Source: Lama glama | Lineage: Eukaryota | Assembly: GCA_028534125.1 (NCBI GenBank) | Contig: CM052817.1 | Location: 2,730,001 to 2,794,000, forward strand | DNA: 64,000 bases | Reading direction: 5' to 3' | Shown here: piece by piece, positions 11,706 through 23,760 of the stretch | Numbering within the stretch: position 1 is the stretch's first letter | Layout: each line of letters begins with the position of its first letter | Translations under genes and position numbers: made by a program | Notes under the pieces: model-generated | The model's database searches: none | Told to the model about the DNA's origin: nothing | What the model saw: the letters and a program-made list of their open reading frames with translations, nothing else

Positions 11706-13811
11706 ACAGAGGAGGGGATGGTCGGCTGCGGGAAAGAAGCAGCCCTGGGGCAGCCTGGGGTGGGGGTGGGGCGTCCAGGGAAGGGGAGCAGCCTGCACAG
11801 AGACGGGGGCTGGGGAAGTGCGTGGAGTGGAGGGAGTTTAGAGCAGAGCTGGATCCTGCAGGACCTGATGAGTGTGGACCGAGGGCAGGGCAGCGGGGCG
11901 ACTGCAAGTGGGGGAGGTGAGTGTCCGGTGCCTGCGGGGTGGAGGGAGGGGTGGCTGGAGGCGGGACACCCTTACAGATACAGACTGGGCAGTGCTGGCA
12001 GGCTGGTCCCAGCCCAGTCCCCCGAGGCGCCGCTCAGGGCCCGGGTAACAGTGCCAGAGCCCCGCTGTTTCCCTCGCATCTGACCCATTCCAGAATTCCC
12101 ATCTTTGGTCACCGTGTTCCGGATCCACTAATCCTGGGGGGGCAGGGAGGAACTCTGGGAGGAAGTTGCCGAGACTCGCAGGTTTGCTGCTCCCAGGAAC
12201 GGCCCCCCGGCGCTCCGGGTTCAGCCCCACGCACTCAGACGGCGGATGTTTGTCCTGCTGCAGCTGCGGCCACAGCTGTTTGCTCCAGCCCAGCCTGAGG
12301 GGCAGTCAGGAGCCCAGCCCAGCCCCCTGTGGGCCAGCCCTAGCCCACGTGTGACCCCATGTCCTTCTCTCTGGGCCTCAGTTTTGGCCTCTGTGCAATG
12401 GGTCGCTTAGACACAGGAAGGCATGATGCCCCTTCCAGGCCTGTCCTTCCAGGACTCCTGGTGTTTATGGAGGGACCCGAGGCTGGAAGGGGGGCCCCTC
12501 CCCCATGGGGCTCTGGCTTGTCAGCACCCTGCTTACAGCTTCCAGGACATGGAGTGGGGGGTGGGCCAAGAGCCCAGCCTCCGGGGTTGCGTCAGGAGCC
12601 TGGGGGTTACACAACGGCTCAGGCGGCAGCTGGCGGGCTCTGAAAAAGTTGTTTTTCACCATGAGCGGCTGGAGCAGCGGCAGGAAGGCCAGCTCTTCCC
12701 CGCTGAGTGTAGTCAGGACAGAGCGGCTGGTGGGGGACAGAGGCCTTGACCACCACAGAGCCCACTGCCACCATGGCAGGGCCAGCCGGGCGGGCAAGCA
12801 GACAGCCCCCAGCAAGGGCGAGGGGCCCGGCTCCCAGCGAGGTGGCGACCAGGGTCTCCCCTGGATGCAGGCACGTAGAGCCAGGGGCCCCGACAGAGGT
12901 CAGCCAGAGAGGGGCCAAGCCGAGACCACAGCTCAGGCCTGGTGGACTCCCGAGCTCAGGGACCCCCACACCCCACCTCCCATTTCACCATGGACAACCT
13001 GAGGTCATGGAGGTTGGTACAGCCCTACCACCCAGGAGGCTGGTGGCAGGGAGGGATTGGATGTGAAGTGACATTATGGGGCACTCTTGGGGCCAGACTA
13101 TGAGTCAGGAACCTCCCAGGTGACATTTAATTCAGTACTTATTGCAACAAAGCTGCGTTGGGGACAGATGGGTTTCAGCCCCGCCCCTCTGGGCAGGGGC
13201 CCCTCCCCTGTTGGGCCCTGTGTCTGCCCCCTTCCTCTCTCCCCTCCAAACCCAAGGGGCTCCGGGTGGCGGTGGAGAAGAGGGGACGATGATGGGCTGG
13301 CCGTGTTGATGCCCACAGAGGCCATGCTCAGGGAGTCTGGTCCACCCCAGCTCCAGACCTCAGGGTGAAGGCGGTTCCATGAAATGCCGAGGGGGCTGGT
13401 GACCTATCTGGGGCACTGCAAGTACACGAAGACTGGCATCTATGGGGCGGGTGCCTGGCACTTCCACTGTCTGTCTCTCAAAATTTTAGGCAAGAGGGGC
13501 TGTTGGTGTCCCCTCATGCTCCCCTCCACCTCTGAGGTCACCTGCTGCTTCCAGGGACAATTCTGGGCTCACTGTCAGTGCTATCCCCAGTGTCCTGTCT
13601 CTGTGACCCTCGGCCAGCGGGTTCCCTCCAGCAAGGTGGGCACTAGCTCCGCACCCTCAAATGTGAGAGGGCGGGGTCTGTGGACCAGCACCGTCAGCTT
13701 CCCTGCCTCCACCAAGTGTCCGGGCCCATTTGCACAGTTCCTCAGGGGATCTCAGCCCCGTTCCCCTCAGCTGCCCAAGCCCCCCAGCTCCATACCACAG
13801 GCCCCCCGCTC

Positions 13812-14070
13812 TGTGCTGAGGACTGGATTGTGTCCCCCAGATTCCCGTGCTGAAGCGCTAGCCCCTGTGATGTATATGATGGCGGTGGTACGTGGAGGTG
13901 GGGCTTTTGGGGGGTGAGCAGGGTCAGATGACAATGGGGACTTCATGGTGGGGTGGCTGCCCCTATGAGAAGGGACTGACTCCCCACCCCTCCATGTGCT
14001 CACACTGCAATCGGGAAGTCAGGAAGTAGCTCTCACCAGGAACCGCAGGACCCCCTTATCTTGGATGCCC
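13812..14070 (+). mobile_element. MaLR LTR fragment (MLT1A-like)
   Basis: gactggattgtgtcccccagattcccgtgctgaag and ggaggtggggcttttgggggg motifs. Confidence 0.55.
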
Positions 14071-15770
14071 TTATCAGTTCCCGCTCAGATACTGGGCCCT
14101 GGTCAAGTTCACAGCTCTGCTCTCAGTGCCCTGTTTCCAGCTCACCTTCTGCCCACACCCCAGCAGCCTTGTCCTGGCCACTGCCCCAACACCCCCAGGC
14201 TCCTTACTCTTAGGGGGGACCACCTGGCTGCTGAGTAACAAAGGCCAAGCTCTGGGCACCATTGAGAGTGTGGAAGGCGGGGACGGGGGCCCTGCCTGGT
14301 GGGAGTGAGAGCAGAGACCTCAGAGGGCGGACAGATTTGGACATTGGGACTGTTCCAGATTGGGGGGCGATGGGATGGTCCAGGGCCTGCTCTGTGGGGA
14401 TGGTCCAGCCCACTCTGGATGGGAAGGGAGGGATGGGGGACTGGCTGTGGGTAGCCCTGTGATGTGGGCTGAACCAGGCTCTGTGGCTGTGTTCTGGCAT
14501 TTCCAGAAGACGCTGGCAGTGAAGAGGGCTGTAACAGGAGGGCGACACTGTGCGAGGCCAGCTCAGGGTGAATGGAAGGGGGCAGGCCGGCCAGTGGTGG
14601 CAGGGACCACGTCGTGGTAGGGGCTGGAAGGTCACTTGCAGGGCGGCCTTCGTGCCCGGCCCCTCCTTCCCCAGTAGCGCCTGGGTGCGGCCGAGGGGTG
14701 GGGAGGGGTGCTCAGTCCACTTGATAATCTGAGCCCTGGAATTGAGAAACTGGCCTGGTGAACCAGTTCACAGGGCCCTCATTAAAAAGCCGCCCGTGAC
14801 AGTTTCTGATCCTTTCCCGAGAGTGGGAGGTTTTTTGTCTCACTCCCTCCTTCCCCTCGCCGGCCAGCTGGCGCACAGTGCACACAGCAGTGCACACCCA
14901 GCGTCTTCGCGGATCTCCTATGAGCCCCGCCGGGTCCTGAGCAGGGTTCTGGCCACTGCCACGGCTGTCTGAGGCTGTCTCCTAAAATGAACCTCATGGC
15001 AGGTCATTTAAGTCTGGACCTGTCGAATCTCAGGCTCTCAGAACTTAGTCTGCAGTTCACTCCCCGACCCCCTCTCCCGAGGGAGAAGGTGCCTGAGGTC
15101 ACACAGCTGGGGGCAGGCCTGGTTGCTTTGCGAGGGTTGGACCAGGGGACCGCGACCCTTCTGGGCAGGTGGTCCAGCACTCGGGGCCGGGACCCTCCCT
15201 CTCAGCCCCAGTGGGAGCCCCTCACCCTCACCTTGAATCCCCGACTTGCAACCGCAGGGCCACTTCTGATTCGGCTCTCGGTGTTCAGAGTTCACAGCCC
15301 TCGGCGCCATGCCGGCAGTGCCCCCCGCCCCGCTCCCCGTGCCTGGGCAGCCTGCCTCATCCCCGATGCTGGGGGTGCTGCGGGGACGGTGATACAGAGC
15401 AGATGCAGGGACAGCTTTATCACGCGGCCTGGCAGGCACGCTCCGCAGGCTTAGCGGGGCTCGCTGCTGCGGGCCAGGTGTCTCTCCGAGTATTCCACCC
15501 GGCTGCCGGGAGGTTGGTGGTCTCGGTGCCCTTTTGCATGGAGGGAGAGGCCACGGCATGGGGAGGGGAGGCGTCTCGTCTGGGACCAGGGGGCCAAGGT
15601 GAACGGGGAGCCGGGCGGCGGTGCATGGTGATGCCCTGCGCTCGAGGTGGTTGGCCCGAGGTCTTCATGTCTATTGACGTGTTGGCTCTGGGTCAGGAGA
15701 AGCTGTTGGTGTCGGGTGGGCTGCCCCAAACGCCCCTGCTGGGGTGGGGGGGACTCTGTGCTTTGTAAAC

Positions 15771-15776
15771 TTTAAT
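15771..15776 (-). terminator. Poly(A) signal (ATTAAA) of the long HTRA3 isoform; 3' UTR about 1 kb
   Basis: Minus strand reads TGTACTGTATGTTTCTCTACTGTACGGAAATTAAAGTTTACAAAG: UGUA elements upstream of the hexamer, in an AT-rich patch amid GC-rich sequence. Confidence 0.75.
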
Positions 15777-16753
15777 TTCCGTACAGTAGAGAAACATACA
15801 GTACAAGCAACATGGGACTGGACTGGACAGCGAAGCTCACGGACCCGCCTAGAAACAGGCTCCCCGCAGAGAGGAAGCACCTTTCGCCGGCTCCTGGGGT
15901 AATGCTGCCAGTCCTCACTCCACACAGACCAGCACGGGAGGCGAGGCCGGCTCAGTCCTCGCCACCCCTCCCTCTGCGGGTCCCAGTCTCCTCGGCCTAC
16001 CGCCCCCTGGTCTCCTCTCAGAGGATGAGCTGGCCTTCCGGGGGGGCAGACACTCTGCTCCCTGCCAGCTCCTCTCCCGCCTGGGAAGGCGGACCTCGTC
16101 GCCAAGCCCCAGGGCTCAGCTGGGCAGCCAGGGAACATCCCGCAGGGTCGGCTCCGGGCCAGACCTGCCACACCTGACTCCTCAAGGGTGCAGACGTGGC
16201 CCACCCTCCAGGGACTCCAGGCTGACCAGGCAAACAGCCCTGGTCATTCAACGTGGTGGGCTCTGTGCTACTGGGCGTGGGGGGCCAGGGGGGAGAACCT
16301 AGGAGAGGAGGAGGCTGGGGGGCTGAGACCTGAAGAGGCGAGAGTCAGGTGGGAGGAGCAGAGAGCATTTCAGAGAGAAGTATGGACAGGCGCAAAGACA
16401 GGAAGGTGGGAGAGAGGATGGGACTTCGGGGAAGTACAAGAGTTTTCTAGACCCAGGGAACTGGGAAGGGCCCTCAGGAGCATTTGTTGGGGGTGGGGAC
16501 ATCAGGCTGCCCCAGGGGCCCTGTGACGCGGAAGCCAACACTCCCTGAAGGCTGAGATGCGGACTCCTGGCCAGCCCAGCCTGTGGCTCTGACCCTGGAC
16601 GGCTGCGAGGAGGCCACTGGCTCTGCTGAGGACCAGCCGCAGTCCCTTGTCCTGATCCTGTGGGAGGCAGCAGCTCGGGACGGAACCAGTCTGCTGGCAC
16701 CTGTGCTCGGCTGCAGGCTCTGGAGCTCGGCGATGGAGGGAGGTGGCCCACGT

Positions 16754-16919
16754 TCACAGGACCACCTCGGGTGCGATGCTGAAGAGAAGGTCATCGTTCC
16801 CCCGCCTCACCTCCAGGAGCAGGGGGGACTCAGTCAGGACGGCCTCCTGCAGCTCGCTCGAGTCCGCCAGAGGGCGCCCGTTGACCTTGACAATGATGTC
16901 GCCATCTTGGATGCCCCCT
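16754..16919 (-). CDS. HTRA3: HTRA3 coding exon 9 (PDZ C-terminus and stop)
   Basis: Acceptor GGCAG|. Translates GGIQDGDIIVKVNGRPLADSSELQEAVLTESPLLLEVRRGNDDLLFSIAPEVVL-TGA. 166 nt. Confidence 0.96.
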
Positions 16920-18050
16920 CTGCCAACAGGGAAGACACGGGGTCACCGCGCATCCCTGCGAGACCCAGGCCCTGGGCACAGTGGGTTTTAACTGCAGCAG
17001 GTTAAGAAAAATCACTTCAGCAGGTAAGACCAGGGCCCTGACTGCAAGGCTCTTACACCAGATGAAAACCGCGTCCTCCAACAGGCTCGGGCTTTGCAGG
17101 GCTACTTCTATGCATCAGAAGGCTGGGGGCTGCAGGGCTGGACTGCCTTGGGCCAGCAATCCTGCCCCTTGGAGCCTCAGTTTCCACATCTACCGTCCTA
17201 TGTGGAAACATGCTTTGTAAATTACAGCGAGGTCCAGGGAGTTGATTCTAATGTTACAACAGCTACTAAGACCTTCACATCAGCAGCAGAGTGAGCTGGC
17301 CAGCCTCCCTTCTGCACCTGACTTGCTGCGACCTTCCCCTTCACCCAGGAGGAGGGCAGTGGTTAGGCGCATGGGTGACAGAGCCCGGATCCACAAGTGT
17401 GGGCTGTGTGCCCCCGGAGGAGTGACTTCACTGAGCCTCAGTCTTCCCATCTGTGAAGTGGGGCGAGAGCAGCAGCCCGCACCTCCTGGGCCACAGTGAG
17501 GGTTAACTGAGACAATGCGTATGGAACGCCCAGCTCATGAGGCATCCTCGGTCCCCAGCAAGCCCCCTTCTCTGGCTCTTGGGGTGCCCTGCATGTGATT
17601 GTTCTTGGTGACTGCTGTCTGCTGAATCAGCGGGGTACAGCAACCCGGAATAAAGAGCTTGAGTTTGGGTGGTTATTTTTTGGCTTTGTGGATCTATATT
17701 GCAACAATTTTTGCTGCAGGCTGGCTGCGGGCTGAGCATGCGTGCGGGGTTCATGGTAGAAGGACACAGAGTCTGTGTCTTCTGACACATCCTCCCGAGC
17801 AGCACACAGAACAGGAAGGAAGGGTCCTGTTGGGCTGAAGGGGCCTCGGGGGCTGGGGTTAGTGCTCTGCCGGGCGCTTCATCTCTCCAGCCCGCCCTCA
17901 GCATAGAGGACCAGCCAGAATCCCACTGGCCACTTCCACCTTGCGTCCTGTTGCCAGGAAGTGCAAGGTCATGCGAGGTCAGTGAAGCCGGCCAGACCCA
18001 GGCTCTGTGCCCGCCCACCCGGCCTCCCCGCCTCCTCTGGCACAGCCTAC

Positions 18051-18146
18051 CTCTGAGAAGGCGAGTTTGGTACAACCTCCTGCACGTAAATCCCACTGCT
18101 GACCGCCGGGAAGTCTGGGTTGCTGGCCTTCAGTTCTTCCACCAAA
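18051..18146 (-). CDS. HTRA3: HTRA3 coding exon 8 (PDZ)
   Basis: Acceptor TTTCAG|. Translates LVEELKASNPDFPAVSSGIYVQEVVPNSPSQ(R). Donor AG|GTAGG. 96 nt. Confidence 0.96.
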
Positions 18147-18399
18147 CTGAAAAGGCAGTTCCACTGTGAAAGCACATCTTCTGAGCCGCTGAAGTAACTC
18201 CCCCCCCCCCAGCGCCCAGGCCAGGCAAGGAGTCTCTTCTGGGCTCCTACACCGCCCTGTCCTGCCACTGACCATCCGGGATTGTCACTGGTTCTTATCT
18301 GTGGCCCCCACTCAACACGGGCTCCTCAAGAGAAGCCTCCTGTGGAGGGGATGGTCCGAAGTGTGGAAAGGGGAGGCTGACGGAGAGATGCGAGGCTGG

Positions 18400-18570
18400 G
18401 TCGGGGGATGGATGGAAAAGGAAGGAAAGGCAGAGGGAGGGACGATCAGGTGGATGGATGGATGGATGGATGAATGGACAGATGGAAGGAGGGTGAACAG
18501 ACGATGGGTGAGTGATGGAGTGGAGAGACGGGGACTGGACAGATGGTGATGGATGGATGGAAGGAGAGAA
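18400..18570. repeat. (GGAT)n-like low-complexity repeat
   Basis: tggatggatggatggatggatgaatgga... Confidence 0.85.
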
Positions 18571-19044
18571 AGAAAGAACCTCTTTAAAGGATAAACTGGT
18601 ATACTGGTCTTCATTCCAAATTACTTTCAGACTTATTCCCTAGATGAACAGGAAGTATGGTCGTTTTAGGGACTGTGTGGGTGGGAGGGTCCGGTGAGCC
18701 TTAGTTCTTCCCCCAGTGCAGCGACCTCTTCCCTTTTCAAACCCTTGGACTTGACTTTGCATTTTCTTCCCTTCTGCTTCCTTTCCTCCCTCCCTCTTCT
18801 TCCTCTTCCCCAACCCCTTCTCTATGTCACTCATTCAGTATTTCTAGGCACACACTGTGGTGTAGACCTGGTACTGAGAGGTGGGGAAGCAGAGGGATGA
18901 GCAAGACACAGTCCTTGCTCCCAAGGAGCCCATGGTCAAGGTTGGGGGCGGGCAATGCTGATGCTGTGGGACCAATGCAAAGCTGGGGAAGGAAGTCCAG
19001 CTATGCAGGTGAAGAGGAGGCGCCTTCTCCCACTTGAGTATCTT

Positions 19045-19497
19045 GGGGAGGTAGAGTGGTATCCTCCGCAAAAACTCATGTCCGCCCAGGGCCTCGGACT
19101 GTGACTTTGTTTGGAAGTAGGATCTTTGCATACACGGTTGGTTAAGGATCTGTAGAGGAGATCAGCCTGACTTAGGGTGGGCCCTAAACCCAATGACTGG
19201 TGTTTTTATAAGAGAACAAAGAGGGAGACTGGACACAGACACATAGAAAGCAGATGCCATGTGATGAGAAAGGCAGGGTTTGGAGTGATGCAACTACAAC
19301 CCAAGAAACACCTGGAACCCCCAGAAGCTGGGAGACACAAGGAAGGGTTCTTCCCTGGAAGAATCCAGCGGAAGTGCAGCCCTGCTGACGCCTTGATTTT
19401 GGACTTCTGGCTTCCAGAACTGTGAGAGAATGAATTTCTGTTTTTTCAAGCCACCAAGTTTGTGGTAATTTGTTATGGCGGCCACAGGAAATTAATC
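19045..19497 (+). mobile_element. MaLR LTR (MLT1-like) in intron 7
   Basis: gccttgattttggacttctggcttccagaactgtgagagaatgaatttctgttttttcaagccaccaagtttgtggtaatttgttatggc is a canonical MLT1 3' end. Confidence 0.88.
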
Positions 19498-19747
19498 TGG
19501 GAGGCTTCCTGAAGGAAGGGCACCTGAATAGAGTCCTGTGGGAGCCCAAGGAGTCTACCAGACAAAGAGGGCAAGATTTTCCAGGCAGAGGGACTGGCCT
19601 GAGCAGAGGCTCAGAAGGATGAGTGTGTCTGGTCTGCTAGAGCATCCGCCCGTGGCCAGACATGTCCGGGCCAGGGTCTGGGAGGCGGATGGAGGAGAGG
19701 CATGAGATTGGATAGGCGGCAGGGAGCAGCGCCCTTCAGACACCGAC

Positions 19748-19796
19748 CTTGGTGTGATGGTCCGCATCCGTATGCCGATGAAGCGCTTCTTCCAGT
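19748..19796 (-). CDS. HTRA3: HTRA3 coding exon 7 (start of PDZ)
   Basis: Acceptor TTTCAG|. Translates (D)WKKRFIGIRMRTITP(S). Donor AG|GTCGGT. 49 nt. Confidence 0.94.
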
Positions 19797-20349
19797 CTGA
19801 AACAGAGCATGTCGGGACTCAGAACCACCATGGAGCCCCTGTCTTCCCTGAGCATCCAGCCAAGGGCAGAATCCCCCTGGCTCCCCCACACTGGGAGTAG
19901 AAGGCAGCAGGAGTCACTCTGCCTGGGCCAGCCCAGCCTCTGAGTGATCAGGTACATAGAGCCACCTCCTTCCACTTGGCTGCTCTTGAGGAGAGGGACA
20001 TCCTGGCTCTCATCTGGTGGCTTCATGCCCACCCTCACCCTCAGGCACCATCCAGTATCAGCTCTGACATCTGCTCTCTTACTGAGCCCCACAGCCAAGC
20101 CCGAATGGACAGTGGGGATCTCCTCTCCAGTCTCCATCCCACAGGCTCCCCAAACTTGCCTTACTCTGATTGGAGCTCATCACCTTCCCTTGCCTTCTTC
20201 ATTAATAGTCATATTAATTGGTAAAGCCCAGTGAGCACTAACCATGTGGCGGGCACTCTGGCTGGAGAATTATATACAAAACATGCTAAGGTGTGACCTC
20301 TATTCCCCCTGCTCCAGCCTGTGACCTAGCAGGTGTCAGACTCAGAAAT

Positions 20350-23300
20350 GACATTTATGTATTCTGAACCATAAACAAGTCTCAGTGTATTTTAAAAATT
20401 TCATATCATGAAACTATAGTCTCTGACCACAATGGAATTAAACTAGAAATCAAGAACAGAAAGATATCTACAAGATTCCCCAAAGCTTAGAAACTAGATG
20501 ATGCATTTCTAAATAACCCATCTTCAATGAAGAAATTAAAAGGGCAATTAGAAAGTATTTTAAACTGAATGAAACTGAAAACACAACGTACCAAACTTTG
20601 TGGGATAGAGGTACTAAAGAGGAACTTAGAGGGAAATCAATAGCACCAAAGTGCCAATATCAGAAAAGAAGAAAGTTCTCAAATCAATAACTTCTGCTTT
20701 CTCCTTAAAAACTAGAAAAGAGGATCAAATGAAACCTCATCTAGGCAGAAGAAAAGAAATAATGAAGAATTGGAATCAATGACACAGGAAATAAAATTAT
20801 AACGGAGAAAATAAATGAAACCCAGAAGCTGATTCTTTGAGATCAATAAAATTTTTAAGCCTTTAGGCAGACTGATTAGGGAAAAAGTGAGAAAAGATAC
20901 CAGGAACATGAGGAATCAGAGGGGTGACATCACTACAGATCCCACAGGTATTAAGAGGATAATGAGAAACTATTATGAACAACTTGATGTCAATAAATTT
21001 GACAAATCTGATAAAGTGGACAAATTTCTTGAAATTTCCAGACCTTTAAAGCTCACTCAAGAAGAAACAGGAAACCTCAACAGCCCTATATTTATTAAAG
21101 AAATTGAAGTTGTAGTTAAAAATCTTCCCACAAAGAAAGTTCAGGCCCAGGTGGTCTCACTGGAGAATTACACCTAATGTTTAAGAAGTCATGTCAATTC
21201 TACACAAACCCCTCTAGAAAACTGCAAAATGAGTGAATACTTCTGTGATATTGTGATTTATAATAAAAAAATACATATATATTCTGGTCTTTGCCCGTGA
21301 TTCCTAACAAATGCTCCTAAAATTTTTTCACTTCTTAAAGTGATTAGAGCCATAAGGGACATCTTTTGCTCCCAGCTCTTGAAATAGCTCCAGACTATAG
21401 AGGTGAAATGGGCTTTTACCACTCATAACAAGCCCCTTTCTGTCACCCCAGAGTTTATATTAGTGAGGTGACTTTTGGAAAGCCCTTAGGGATGGGAGCT
21501 GTTTGCCAGGGGAACCAACCACTTAATTAGAGACTTGGAAGTTTCAGCCCCAGCCTCCTTACCCTGCCTCTGGCGAAGATAGAGGGGCTAGAAGCTGAAT
21601 CAATTGCCAATGGCCAATCATTTGGTCAATCTCACCTATGTAATAAAGCCTCTGTAAAACCCCAAAAGAATGGGTTTGGAGAGCTTCTAGGTTGGTGACC
21701 CTGTGGAGGTGCTGGAAGATTGGTGCATCCAGAGATCATGGAAGCTCCACACCCCTCCCTCATGCCTTGCCCTGTGCATCTTTCCCATCAGGCTGTTTCC
21801 AGGTCACATCCTTTTATAGGCAACTGGTAACCTAATAAGTAAACTGTTTTCCTGCTCTAGCAAGTGACCCAACCCAAGAAGAGGGTCATGAGAAATTCTG
21901 ATTTATAGTCACAGGAAATATGCAATCAGCATCTGGAGGTGGGGTCAGGGGTGGTCTTGCTAGACCAGCCCTTCACTTGCAGGGTCTGATGCTCTCTCCA
22001 GGCAGACAGTGTCAGGATTGATTTAAATGGTAGAGCATTCAGCTTGGCACGGGGAAACCCCACACATTTAGTGAGCAGATGTGTCAGACATGAAGGAGCA
22101 GAGGATGGAGAGTAGAGGAGACACCCAGGAGGAATGTTTTTCCTAAATAAATTCTCAATGTGTTATCCCAACACCAAAGCCAGAAAAGAAAACTGGACCA
22201 ATGTCCCTCATGAAGATAGATGGGGAAAATCTTCGAATGTTTTCAGCAAATCAAATGCAACAATATATAAAAAGGATAATACATCATGGAATACATATTC
22301 CAGGAATGCAAGGATGGTTTAACAATAAAAATCAGTGCAACTTACCACTATTAACAGAATAAAATGTGAAATCGTCATCTCAAAAGATGCAGAAAAAGCA
22401 TTTACAAAATCTAACATCTATTCCTAATAATAACTAGAAGTAAAAAGGATCTTTTTCAACCTGATAAAGAACATCTATGAAAATACTTTACTTAGCATCA
22501 TACTTAATAGTAAGGAACCAAAGATTTCTCCCTAAGATTGGTAATGAGGCAAGGATGTCCACTCTCACCACTTTTATTTAATATTTTTATGGGAGAATCT
22601 GGCCAAGAAAGAAAAAAAGCATTTGGATTGGAAAGGAAGAAGTAAAACTGTCTTTATTCACAGACTGCATAATCATCTGTGTAGAAATCAGACGGAATCT
22701 ACAAAAAGCCACTCGAACTAATAAGTGAGTTACCAAGGCTGCACGATCTCATGGTCAACGTACAAAAATCAATTTTATTTGTATATTTTAGTAAGTAACA
22801 AACATTCAGAAATTAAAACTTAAAAGAATAATTTTGAATAGCACAAAAATTATAAAATACTTAGGAATAAATCTGATGCTTAAAACCTGTACTCTGAAAA
22901 CTAGAAAAAAATTGCTGAAAGAAATCAAACAAGACCTAAAAAATGGGGCAATATCTGTGTTCATGGGCCAAAAGATTCAATATTGTTAAGATGACAATTC
23001 TCCCCCAAGTCAGTCTATAGACTCAGGACAATCTCAATTAAAATAGCAGCAGGTTTTTTGGGGGGGTAGAAATTGACAAGCTGATTCTAAAATTCGTATG
23101 GAAATGCAAAGGATTTAGAAGAACCAAAGCGACTTTGGGAAGGAAGACCTGGCGGGGGCCTGACACTGCCTGCCCTCAAGGCTCATTTGTAAAGCCAGGA
23201 GAAGCAGGACGGTGTGACCTTGGTGGACAGAAGGACCCAAGGGGAGCAGAAGATACTCATTTTGTTTTCGACAAAGGTATCAAGGTGATTCAGTAGAGGA

Positions 23301-23760
23301 AGGATAGTTGTTCCAACAAACGGTGCTAGGACGGCTGAATATTCAACACAAAGAAAGAAAAAAGAACTTGATTCACACTGGGCCCTGTTTTAAAGAATAA
23401 TTCAAAGCACAGCATAGTCCTACATCTAAAACCTCAGAAAATAAAGCTTCGAGGAGAAAAATCTTTCTGACCTTGGCTAGCAAGTTTTCCCAGATGTGAC
23501 CTTAGCTGCACAGTCCACTTACAAAAATCTGTAAATTAGACTTCACCCAACATTTACAAAACTTCTGCTCTTAAGGAATGCAAAGGCAGGCCACGAGGGG
23601 AAATACCTGCAACTCATTCCTCTGACAGAGGGCTCTGCGCCAGAACGTACGAAGACTCCTCAAAACCTAAGTGGAGCGCCAACAGCCCTAACGTCTGAGA
23701 TGGGCGAAATACTTGAACAGGCATCTCACCGAGGAAGGCGGGCGGTATTATGCATGTTTG
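20350..23760 (+). mobile_element. Degenerate LINE-1 (ORF2 region) in HTRA3 intron 6, antisense to the gene
   Basis: A-rich plus strand. ORF fragment RNQRGDITTDPTGIKRIMRNYYEQLDVNKFDK...NLNSPIFIKEIEVVVKNLPTKK is L1 ORF2-like. Also gatgcagaaaaagcatt and caaggatgtccactctcaccactt motifs. Confidence 0.92.
21245..22145. mobile_element. LTR (MER21-like) nested inside the intron-6 L1
   Basis: Starts tgtgatattgtga...atatattctggtcttt, like the recalled MER21 terminus. L1 ORF2-like sequence is interrupted here and resumes at about 22150. Confidence 0.7.

Noticed and set aside
20887..21177. 96-aa ORF as an independent gene
   Set aside because: It is a fragment of decayed L1 ORF2 surrounded by stops and frameshifts.
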